In this document: positions 42,121-53,550 of the stretch, in pieces
Layout: each line of letters starts with the position of its first letter
Position numbering within the stretch: position 1 is the stretch's first letter
DNA from: the human T2T-CHM13v2.0 reference genome, Homo sapiens
Strand: one strand, 5' to 3'
Length of the DNA stretch: 64,000 nt
Assembly (NCBI RefSeq): GCF_009914755.1
Contig: NC_060947.1
Translations under genes and position numbers: made by a program
The notes under the pieces: generated by a model
What the model was told of the DNA's origin: nothing
Databases searched by the model: none
What the model saw: the letters and a program-made list of their open reading frames with translations, nothing else

Positions 42121-45100
42121 ACAGCGGTCCACTACCTCTCCGATCCCACCATGTCTAGGCTTTGACCACCTTTGGGTTCAAGAGGTTACTGAACTCAATG
42201 AGGCACAGCCACACAACTGAAGTATCCAAATCCTTGCCTGGTCTACTTTTGCTTGTTGTCTTGATCCTTCCTGATCGCCAATTTAAGTTAATACAGAGCT
42301 CCAAACTCTTGTCAAATCCTCTACAGAATGTGAGAGTCAAGCCTGATACTTACCCCCTGAAGCTTCAAGATGTCATCACTCACACTCTCAGTCAGAGTAA
42401 GATGCCATCCAAAGCTGCCTACCTGTAGAATTTTTCAGGGTGGCTTTTACTTATATCAAACACAAACAAAAAGAAATGGAAAACAGCAAGGCAGCCCAAC
42501 AAAGACAAGGCTTTAGCTTGTCATCCTCTCATAAGTAAAGATGGGGCTACAGCCATAAGACTCTAACTCCTTTCCAGAATAACTAGTCAAACCAGCTTTA
42601 CTTCTAGCTCTACCTCATCTCACCTCCAACCCCCTCCCCGAAACGAAAAATCAGTTTCTTATGGACCGTGAAAGGCAGTATAGGAGAACCATTGAAAACT
42701 TCCCTGCCAGAGGCTCAGGAAAAAAGAGAGAAGATCATACAGCTAGGAAACTGTTGAGTGGCATTAGGGTGGGGGACAGAAGACACCACAAAGGGGCTGT
42801 TCGTAACTGGGCTTAACCCTTGATCCTGTCAAATTAGTCCCACCTCCCGCATTCCTCACAGATGTAACATTAAAAGAGTTGAGTGAAAGTTAACAGACCA
42901 TGTCCTCCCTGAGAACATACCAGGAAACAGCCACTTCTAGAAAGATAGGAAGTAGGAGTGTGGAGAAAAGCAATGCACTCCAAGAGCTGCCTGCTGTCAG
43001 TCAGCCTTCACACTTCCACAGCCTAGACCAAGTAAGGGTCCTTAGCAACCCTTCAGTAAAGCAAGAACTTGTCCCATGGAGGGTATGAGAAGAAACAGGA
43101 GGGTGTGGAGAGCCAAAGTAGCATGCCATGATTATTCAGCAAGTTGATAAAAGAATATAAGAACAGAGATTCTGTCCATCACTGAAACAGGATAGAGAGA
43201 GATGCAGTGTGAGGAAATTTCCCTCTGATTCTGTTATGATTTGCTGATTGTTTTCAAACCTATCAACCTCAACTCTGTGAGCTTCTCTCTCCCTCCTCCC
43301 TACCCACCACCCCTCCCCGCCACCACTGGAAGCATGGCTGAGCCAAGAGGGACAAAGCTGGTACAGCAGACTAGAAGGGCTCACTGTGACCAAAAAAGAA
43401 AAAAAAGTTGGGTTTTGGACAGAGGGCAGGGCAGTCAATGAATGAACAAAGGGGCAATGGCACTTGAATGAGACGGTCCAAAATGTAGGCCTCAAGCAAC
43501 TGGTGCTCTTGGGTGGGGGATGGGAACTAAAGACTTGACATGAAAGAAGGACAGCCTAGATGCATGGAAAATGTGTCTCTGTTGCTACTAGGCAGTACTT
43601 GTGTTGCGATATGGTACAGTCATAGATTCACAGTGAAAGAGGAGGATGTGGATGTGAAGTCAAAGGGGAGAGGTTAGAGCTCACTTTGAAAGATCAAGTC
43701 ATCTTGACTTTTGCAACTTCAGTGCGTGGCCAGGATGGCTATCTGACCAAGCAAACATGCCAGTGTGATGTGAGGAAGAATGGATCATCCGTTGCAACAC
43801 TAATGCGTAAGACAATTTTTCCACTTGGCCTATTTACACTGGATAGGGCAAAGAGGTATAAGGAGACAAACCTCTACCCCTTCCCAGTCCTTGGAACCCA
43901 ATCTTTAGCCATAAAAAATAGTAACTCAACTTATTCATTAATGATTTTATTGAATTATGTGTGAAGGGAGTATATCTCAGGGAGCACCAGGAGACAAAAT
44001 TTTGGCTCCATGGAAGCTGAGTGAAAGTGATCTTGATACCGACATAACCAATATAAAAACGTTACTTGCTGATTACAAGATAACTCTCAGGGAAACCTGG
44101 AATTCCGTTTCAGAGGGAAATGTAACCATGCACACACATCTGGTCCCAGCATCAAAGGTATGAACACCTTGGGCACTAATGGTAGCAGAATCCCAAACTC
44201 CCCCAGAACTGTGTAACAGAGCTATCTAGAGCACTTTTTGTTCCTAACTTATGAATGCATTGTTTCCCAAGAATATCTTCTATAAATAAGCAGCTTGGAG
44301 CTTTGAATTCTGTTTCCTGTAGATAGGACATTATAAATGATGGTTAGGTTGTGTAATTTAATCAATGATACACTATGGATTAAATAGGCTTCTCCAGAAC
44401 TGTTCTGAATGTAACCATTATAAATAACATTGTGTCAGTGAAGACACGTTTCCTAGACCTCTACACTCTCTTCCTCAGACCCCTTACCCTTCAGTAATAA
44501 TATAGATTAAGCCCCACTCCAATCCACTCCCTGATCGAGGCTTTAGTAGTAACGAAAGATATTTTTCCAGCTCAGATGACAACTGGTAAATGTGGGGAGA
44601 TGGGGAGAAAGAGGCTGTGGATGCAAGACCTCCAGCAGGAGTCACTCTTGTGTGTATTCCAGGTACAGACAGAAGAACCCAGAGCTGAAGGATGGCAGCA
44701 ACAGCAGGGGCTTTTCCAATCAGTGTCAGTGGAGGTATGCAGGGAAATATATATCTGACAGTGGATAGGGACAGAGACTGCTGTCTCTATATTCCTACAT
44801 AGGGGCTCTGTAAATTGAAGAGTGTATGGCACATATGGTTAGCATCTTCAATCTTGGAGACAACTATTCTTTCCAGAAGGGGAAAAAATTAAGTTCAGAG
44901 AGGTAAAAAGGAAATAAAAAAGATCTGGAATTCTGACTTTGACACTATTCATTAAATGCCATTTCCTTCTTCTATTATACAAATTCCTTCTCTGTAACTT
45001 AATAATCTCTTTGTTTAAACATACATGTTCCTTGAAGTCAGGGCTTATATCTTCTCTCTCATCTCCCCTACGATGCATTTACCAAGGCTGGCCAGGGCTA

Positions 45101-45259
45101 GGGGCAGAGGCAATTCTAAATAAATAGTAGGAGATGAAATGTGTCCCTCCCAAATCTATTATGTGGCTGTCCCAGATGCCTTCATAGAGGCCTTAGGCAG
45201 GTATGGCTTAATAGCAGCACAGCTACTTCCATTAAAAGATTTTGACACAGGGCCTTGGT

Positions 45260-45830
45260 ATGACATGGCCGCCAGAAAGAGCCAAAGTGATCTTCAGCTG
45301 TATTTTTTTAAAGAATGTTCATACTCAACTGTGGTCAGATTCTCCTCAGTTACAGTATTCAGCTGTGGGATCCATAACTTAAGAGGAACATGGACAAGCT
45401 GAAGTGCATCATGAGTGGGAGGAGGAAACAGGAGGAGAGGCTGGAATCTACATCCCATAAGGAACAGCTGAAAGAGCTAGGGCTCTGCTAGAAAAGTGAA
45501 ACAAGATGATATAATATTTGCCTTCAGATATCCCAAGGGCTGTCCCAAGACAGAGGAAGCACCCTTGTTCTGTGTGATGCTATCCAGAGGATACAGCTAG
45601 GACCCATGGATGATCGCTAAAAGGAAAACGATTGCAGCTTAACAAAGGAAAAGCTGTCCACAGTCAAAACTTTCCAGCAACAGAATGGATAGGCTTAGAA
45701 GGGAATGAGCTCCCCTGTGACTACTGTAGAACAAGCTCAGGGACACTGCACAGGAGGCTCATGAAATGGTTAAGATTAGACTAGGTGACTTCTAAAAGGC
45801 TCTCTTTACTCTGAGATTCTTTGATTCTAG
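45260..45830 (+). mobile_element. CR1/L3 LINE 3' fragment
   Basis: GTGGTCAGATT..CAGTATTCAGCTGTGG..TTAAGAGGAACATGGACAAGCTG..GGAACAGCTGAAAGAGCTAGGG..ending CTCTGAGATTCT. Confidence 0.7.
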
Positions 45831-47368
45831 GTCTCTACCAAGAACAGAATTACTCTGGGAGCACTGAGTTAAGTCTGCCCCTTGGTGCTTGAGGGGTAGA
45901 GGGGCAGGCAGTGAGAGCAGCCCTTCCCATAATCCCTGCTGTTCTTCATTAACTTTTCTCAGATGGGTCAGCATCTTTTTTCCCTTAGTTCTAAAGAAGT
46001 CTAACTATAAAAGCCATGATGTTCCCTCCAGATAATCATCCATAACCTCCAATCTCAAGTCTGAGTCTCTCTTTTTTCTTTAAAGAAATTCCTGGGGAGG
46101 GGGTTGGGGAAGGCAAGGGGGGAAATCATTTTAATTTTTTTAAGGGACAATGGAGTTGAATTATTTTCTTTGTGTGAAGTTTTGGAGAGGGAAAATCCTC
46201 TAATAGGCTTGACCTTTTTTAACTTCAGCAAGCATACATGTGGCTCTCAATGGGGTACCAGGTGTATTATGAAAACCCAGCAGGGCCAAAAGTAGTATCG
46301 ACTCAAAGCTCAGCCAAGGGTTACCAGCCATACCACCCACCCTTCTTGCTCCACCTCCCTCCAACCTTCTTTGTATCTCTCTGATGGATTTCTAATCCAT
46401 GCCTCAAAATGCCCTCTACTTTCTGGGATAGGGCAGCAGGTGGGAAACTGAGGTAGTGGACATCTTTGGTGATTCTAGAGGCAGAAATGAGGAGGGGATT
46501 CATGTAGGTAACCAGGCTGGACTAAGCTCCAAAGATGCACACCCCACGAAGGTCCCTTTGTGAGTGCCAGGCACTGGTCTGTAACACAGCTCAAAAGATT
46601 TCACAGGAACTCTCATTGTTCACATAATACCACCTCTGCACCCAATAAGAATTCAAAATCACAGCCAAATTTACTTCCAGCCACAAGACAACCTCTATCT
46701 GAGTTTATCCAGATCCTCTTGAAGTCTCAACTGCCTCTCTGTGTGCTTCTAGAAATAAGGTCAGACTAGGAATGGAATACAGACTAAAACAACTTGATGA
46801 GCATGCCCTGCCACTGTCCTAGGCTAAGGATGGCAAACACTATTAGAGTTTGCCTAATTCATTGTCTCATCATCTGTGATAATAGAGATGGGGCAGTTAT
46901 GCCTAGGCCCCACTCTGCAAATAGAGACTTGGGTCTGGAGAGTGTAAAATTATATAGCAATATCAGAGCACATCAAGTGGATGGGAGTAAAGCTTCTTTC
47001 TCCTCCAGGTTACTCCCCTACCCCACTCTGTTTTGTTCCAGGGCAGTAACTAGCCCCACTTGCTTCACTATGCCAGATAGAAACATCTACCATAAACGAG
47101 CCAAGAAAAGGGAAAATATGTTAGCATGAGCCTACATATCATCAGACACATCTGATTAGAAGAGAATCCCCATTCCATCCAGACAGTACTTCTGAGTCAA
47201 TGAGGTAGCGTAACATGTTAACCAAAGGAATCAATAATGCCAATGTCATGGGCCCTATTCCTTTATGGGTCATGTATCTTTTACTTGTTACCATGATCTC
47301 ACTCGAAACACCACAATATAGGGAAACATCATAAACTATCCCTTATTATTTAGGATAATCAATCGTAT

Positions 47369-47507
47369 TTTATTTTTTGGAGGTGGGGTCACACTATGTT
47401 GCCCAATCATGGTACACTGCAGCCTGGAATTCCTGGGCTCTAGGGATTCCTCTTACCTAAGCCTCCTGAGTAGCTGGGACTACAGGTGCAAGACACCGCA
47501 TCCAGCA
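47369..47507 (-). mobile_element. Degenerate AluJ/FRAM monomer fragment
   Basis: CACTGCAGCCTGGAATTCCTGGGCTC..GCCTCCTGAGTAGCTGGGACTACAGG. Confidence 0.8.
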
Positions 47508-48391
47508 ATAGTATTAAAAAATTTTCTCTTTCTTTGCCACTTGACTGTCGGGGGGTACTATACAAGTGTCCATAAATCAGGCAGTTGAATTCCCCATATT
47601 CAGGGAAATCATAGGAACCAGCAGGAATTGATGATTTCCCCAACTTGATCATTTCCTGGTCCAAAGGGTCTCCCATGACAACTATGAACTAGACTTTCAC
47701 ACTGCATACCCTCTTCCCCCACTAATCACTACTTTTTCAAATTCCCCCACTCCCCAGATATCTCCACTTGTGCCACAAGATATCTCTGAGCATGTATGCC
47801 ACACCATCCCTGATGCAAACCGCTTCTGGTTTTTTTTCCACAAAGGAGGTTCTCTGCCATTTTCCACCATGCTTCCTGCACCTTACCTCTGTCTCTCCCT
47901 GACCTGAGATCATCACAAGTGATTTGGGGTCATCAAAATAGTCCTTTCCTACTCTGAGCCCAGACTCCATCAGAGTGTACCTACAACCCAGTCCGTCACC
48001 AAGTATGGAATTACAGGCTGGCATGGAAAGGGACACTGCATTAGGAGGCTAATAAGACTAGATACATCCCTGAAAGTTATTGCCCTGTGCTCCTTCACAA
48101 ACCACAGTACTAACAGAAGAATCAGAAACTCTCTTAGTAGGACTGCCATTGACTCTCAGTATGATAGACATAGGTAAGCCACTGAATACATCAGTCTCGG
48201 GTTTTCCATCAGTTTCTCCACAATCTTTCCTGACTGCCTCACAGTGTAGCTGCAAGAGAGTAATGAAATAAAGGATGAGGAAGCACATTGTAAATAGTAA
48301 CACTGTATGCAAATGAAGCAAAGCTTCATTTTCCTCACTCTGCAGCAACACTTCTGAGAAGAGAGCCAGAGCTAGCATAAAAGATTAGCTA

Positions 48392-48706
<315 letters not shown>

Positions 48707-50484
48707 TCATAGTATCATTTAAAGACCACCCACTTGAATGTCATTTTAGATATGGGGATGCCTAGACCCAGGTAGGGCAAGTGATATACCTAGGATTCCA
48801 GAACTAGAGAGTGGCAGAAAAAGGATTAGAACCCAAGTTTTTAATCTGCCAACCCAATTATCTTTCTATTACCTTCCACCCATCCCAACCAGTGTGTACA
48901 GACTAAGAAGGCTGTTTTCAAGGAGAAAGCTGTATTGTTCTGAATCATAAAAGGAAATAAAATCAAGGTTGAAAAATGAAGAGGGAATTAATGAAATATG
49001 CCAAAACAGTGTCTTGTCAAGAAAAACACAATACAGGCAATCATTGTGCTTAAAAAAATACTATGGTCCCTTTATATACCGTTGAAGCCAACCCAGTTAT
49101 AACTGACTTTTACTGTTAAGAACTAGGCTATTTGGGAGGAATGGGAGAAATAATTTTATCCCTTGCATATCTAAATGCATGTCATAATGAGCCTTCATAT
49201 AATAGGGGTCAACTGTACATTCAGTGGAAAGGGAATCATTAAAAGGCACCCTGCCTCTCAACACACGAAGCACTTCCTCTACAGCTTGGCCAAGGAAACC
49301 CTCATCTACCCTCTCAAATAATCCCCCAGCCAGACCACAAATTGCTGGCTGCCCCATACTTAGTAACACCCCCTGCCATGCTCTCACTGGCTCACAAAAT
49401 AATCCGGGACCACAGCAGCAAGCACTCTCTGGGGTGCTTCTCAAGATGGGTCAGCTCTGGGCAGAGCTGAAAAATGACCTCTCCAAGGCAGGTTGTCTAG
49501 GCAGACTGTGGAAATTCTGTGGGCGGTGTGAGGAGAAAAAGAAAGGGAGGAACTGCCAGATCATGGAGGGCTGCATATCCCATTGTGACCTTGGTGGAAA
49601 GAGTGGGGAGAGGAGGAGCTTGATTAGAAGAAATTCCTGAAGGCCAGGATTCCCCTCACCAAAGGAGTTGAGTGTTTTTGTTAAAAAAAAAAAAAAAAAA
49701 AAAAAAGCATATAACTTTCTCCAGAGAACACTGGAGGGAGACTGCCTCAGGAGGGGTTGTGACAGTGGATGACAAACGCATCTCAGGCTGGTTAAAGTAC
49801 ATGACAAGTATGGGGGAAAGGGTGCTGGATGAAGATCTGGGCTAGTTTGGGGAGGCTAATGATCAGAGGGGTCCCTGCCAGCCCCTCAAAATGTTGCCTC
49901 AGCATACCTCAGACTCCTCAATCTGATTGGTACACCCATGGCAACACTCCAGGGTTGCTAAGAGTGTGGGCCCCAAGGCCTGAAGGATCCCATACACTGG
50001 AAGTCAACCACAGGCTCCAATGCAAGGCGAATGCCGCACAGGTTATTGTGGGTGTGTGTTGCGGTGGACGTTTGCTGAACCCTCTGCTGAGATGTGACCA
50101 ATGTTGAACCCCACCCCCCCGCAAAAAAAAAGTGATATTTGCTCCCTGCTGAAAAGACACATCTTTCTATCTCCAGCCTGAACCCACATCTACAACTTCA
50201 ACTGCCATTTAAGCGGGTTGGAAGCGGGAGGGCTTTTCGGATTTGAGGATTTAAGAGAAACAACAAAAAAGTGGAATAAAGTTCGTAAAGTCCGTTCACT
50301 TGGCAATCTGGCACCTCAAGGTGAGTCGTCCCACAAGTCACTCTTCCTGGTAACAGCTCCAGCTGCCCCTACCCCTCGCCCTCACCCCTACGGGGGAGGC
50401 TCGCTTTGGGGGTTCTGGAGCACTCAGGAGAGCTCCTCTCTCCTGTCCTCAGCTGCAACTTGGCTTCCAGCAGATCACAGACTC

Positions 50485-50598
50485 CTAAAACAAACAAACC
50501 CTGGCGGCGGCGGCGGCGGCGGCAGTGGCGGCGGCGGCGGCGGCGGCGGCGGCAGCGGCAGCAGCAACAGCAGTAGCTCCAGCACAGCTGCGCTCCAT
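50485..50598 (-). CDS. Candidate uORF encoding a 37-aa polyalanine peptide MERSCAGATAV(A)13T(A)7RVCLF
   Basis: ATG in strong Kozak context (GCGCC-ATG-G), open to TAG at 50485-50487; translation is unproven. Confidence 0.35.
   Translation of the reverse strand: MERSCAGATAVAAAAAAAAAAAAATAAAAAAARVCLF
50503..50577. repeat. Interrupted trinucleotide repeat (GGC)7 AGT (GGC)9 AGC GGC AGC AGC AAC AGC AGT AGC
   Basis: Counted directly; reads GCT-rich triplets, then (GCC)9 ACT (GCC)7, on the minus strand. Confidence 0.97.
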
Positions 50599-53339
50599 GG
50601 CGCAAGTTTCCTCCACACTTCTCAACGTGCAGGAAATCTCGCCGGCGCTGGGGCAGGACTCTGGAGGGAGGGAGAGGCCGAGCCGAACCGGCGGCAACAA
50701 CGCCCCAAGAGCTGAATGGATGTGTGCGCGTCCGGCCGTGGGAAGTGTGGCTGGCAAAAGCCACCAATGGCCTCATCTCCGTTCCCACACCAGCCCCTAG
50801 CCCTGCAACCTGCCTGGGAGGGACGGCCCGCCGGTCGATAGAGGGGACAACGCTGCCAAGAGAGCTGCCAAGCCGCGATGACTGTCCCTTCAGTCCTTCA
50901 CTGTCCCGCAGGGACGCAGAGGCCTCCAAGGAGAAATCCCCAACAGCCTCCACTTCCTTCGGCCCAAACTGAGGGAAGTAGCCGCCCCGACGTGGGGCAG
51001 CAAGGGCTGCCCCAGCGCCCTCGCGAGTGTGTCTGCGCGCAAGGTTCTAGCCGGGGGCCAGTTGTGCTCCCAGCTCGTGTTCCAGCCACCCTTAGGGGAT
51101 GTCTGCACCTGGACTGGTGGCAAGACCCCTCCGTGCCGCTCAGAGGGTCTTTCGCTCCCAGCCCTAAGTTTCAAAGTTGGCCTGAGGGCCCCGTCCAGCG
51201 GCAGCCTTCGCACCCGCTTGTCCATTCAAAGTTAGGCGCCGTTAGGACATCAGCCGCCAGTTCTTACCTTAGACACTGTGAGCGGCTCACAGTGTTCCAG
51301 ACCCCCCTTAAGGGTGAAGCCCCAGGGTGCCCCCCCTTGCAGCTGCACAGGGACGTACTGGAAGGACCCAGGCCGGTTCTCCATCCTCGGCTGGGCTCAG
51401 GCGCCGCCGGGCTCCTTTTCCGAGGGGGCTACGTTGCCTCCGCCCCCAGCAGCTCCGCCACCATCGCCCTCCAGCTCTACGCCACCCCGCACCGCCCTGC
51501 TCCGCCTACTCTCCCGGCTGGAGACGCTCAGGCAGCGAGCGAGCGCAAGGAGGAAATGACACGGAGCTGGAGAAAGGGGGAGAGAGGGGGGAAAAGGAGA
51601 AGGGAAAAAAAGAAAAGAAAAGAAAGAAGGAGAGGCGGAGGGATAGCGCGTAATGGACAAGAAAACGGAGCAATGGGGAGGGGCAGTCACTGGGACCTCG
51701 CCTATAGGATCGCTGGGGAGTGGGAGCGAGGCGAGGCCTCACATCAATTGTTACATTGTTTCATTCAAGCAGGGCCCCTCTTTGGTCCTCCTCTTTACTG
51801 CCGGGTTCCCCGCCCCTCCAGCCAGCCCAGGCGAGGGGAGGTGAAAGTCGTTAGTGTGGACGGCCCGCGTGGCTGAGTGGGCTGAAACGCTGGTTTCCTG
51901 ATTAGCGCGTTCATGTTTCTCTGACTGCCTTTTTCTTCTGAAGGTCCCGAGAACGGAGACCTGGGAGGGTTAAAAGGCTGCTAATTTGTGGACCTTGCCT
52001 AGAGGGGTGGAAAGCAAAGCCAGCAGGCCAGCGGACATAGTGAGGCTGTGTGTGTAGACTGCTCTGTGTGTACGCGCTAGGTGTGTGGGGTCATTATGAA
52101 ACATTGCCCCAGAGCATAGTTTAAATAAAGAAGCACTTTGAGGATGCCCCCTGCTCGGGCTCCCCCGCACCCTGGCTCAGTGTTGGTGTCTATGGCTAGC
52201 ACTGTGCTTGTGTATGTTCCAGTCATCTGGAGTTCCTGGCACGGCCTTGCACTTGCCCCACCGAGATGAGCAAGCCAGCAATCAGCAAACTTTATGACTA
52301 GCAGTATTGTCTCTAAACAAACCTACAGGAAAGAGCATCCATTGATAAGCTGGCCAATTAATAATGTTGTGCCTTTGGGAAGAATCAGCTTTTAGACTGG
52401 GTCCAGAACATCTCTGCACATCTGTTCAAGCTTGACCTTGTAGTTTCTGAGCTGGGCTTTTGTAATAGACCAAACAGCCACAATAATAGTCCTGAAAAGC
52501 GAATTTGTTACTGAATCTTGTGCTGATTTCTCTGCCTTCACTTGGACAGGTTATCTTCTCTCTTTGAGGTGTTTTCTCTGGAGCCACATGCGGGCAGTGA
52601 ATTTTTAAAGGGCCTCGCACTAGCGGAGAAAGTGTTGACAACTCAGTTGTGACTCAACAGGATGTTCCCACTCTGTCTCGCCTGTTCAGTTTCTTCCCCT
52701 GTTCTTGTGCAGCTTCTTCTTCATGGCCAACAAACACACTGCGGCCCCTTCCTTCACAGCCAGCTTTCTGCGGTCAAGGTTTCCACTCTCTACTTCTACT
52801 TCCTCACCTGTCACTGCCTCTTCAACGCACAGCAGCCTGCGGTGTGCTGCAGCAGGCCACTGAAATGTCTCTCAAAGTCACCCCCCTCCATCAATCCTTT
52901 TTTCTTAGCACCCCCCTGGACTGTCTGCATATATGATGCTGCCCTGACTTTTCTTTAATAAAATGGCAATTTAGGTGTTTATAGCCTGCCTTTTTAAAGT
53001 CCTTAGAGATGATGCACATGGGAAACCATCCTCGATCTTTTAGGCCTACAAACACCGTCTTGATCATGTTTATTGTTTTATATTTTCCTTATTTGAAAGC
53101 AGAAAATTTGATAAAATGGCAACTCAACTTGTTGATTCTTACTTGTGTTAACCTATGTTATAACATTCATTTGCCCTGCCCCACCTTGAAACTCAGCATT
53201 TTTTTTCTTTTTCGGATAATATTTCTATGATTGTAACTTGGTAGAATCCAGCGTGTTTCAGTCCCAGCATATCTGTAAAGTTCAGTTCACAGGATATATA
53301 GTCATCACTCAAGGACTATTAGAATTATGTGTCTAGACT

Positions 53340-53550
53340 AGAGGAAAGACGTTTGGAAGCAGTAGACACACATCTGAGCCCTGGCCTTGTCACTAACTAG
53401 ATGGGTGACCTTGGGCAAATCACTGAGCTAACTCTTTTCAGTCTCCTGTTCTTCCTCTGTAAACTTTAGCTAATAAGCCCTGACTTTCCTACCTCCCAGG
53501 ACTGTTGAGAGACTAAGATGAAATAATACATATGAAAACACTTTGGTAAG
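53340..53550 (+). mobile_element. MIR SINE
   Basis: GGGTGACCTTGGGCAAATCAC..CCTACCTCCCAGGACTGTTGAGAG..ATGAAATAATA. Confidence 0.8.

Larger units (their letters stand above)
50386..51283 (-). other. TRPC5: Putative non-coding first exon (long GC-rich 5' UTR), probably TRPC5 exon 1; intron 1 would run leftward through the window
   Basis: Minus-strand donor GGG|GTGAGG at 50386/50385 at the island edge; no coding exon in the 50 kb downstream. Gene identity and the 5' boundary rest on recollection (TRPC5 has a ~0.9 kb non-coding exon 1, a very long intron 1, and lies head-to-head with RTL4) and were not verified by alignment. Confidence 0.5.
50000..52200. promoter_or_regulatory. CpG island / probable bidirectional promoter
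   Basis: The only GC- and CpG-rich unique segment in the window; GC boxes, CCAAT (50764), GGC repeat, polypurine tract 51566-51642. Confidence 0.9.

Noticed and set aside
50218-50715. Plus-strand polyGly/Ser ORF
   Set aside because: Starts at TTG and is antisense to the inferred gene; relevant only if an antisense RNA is shown
50525-50800. Plus-strand polyAla ORF (MAAAAAA...)
   Set aside because: The listed start is GTG inside the repeat, not ATG; the real ATG at 50597 is downstream of the repeat with T at -3
51277-51291. lac operator as vector contamination
   Set aside because: Flanks lack AATT and any vector sequence; embedded seamlessly in a genomic CpG island
50878-51876. 332-aa plus-strand ORF, the longest in the window
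   Set aside because: Pro/Arg/Gly-rich, low complexity, includes a translated polypurine tract, has no recognisable domain and spans the promoter; long ORFs arise by chance in GC-rich islands
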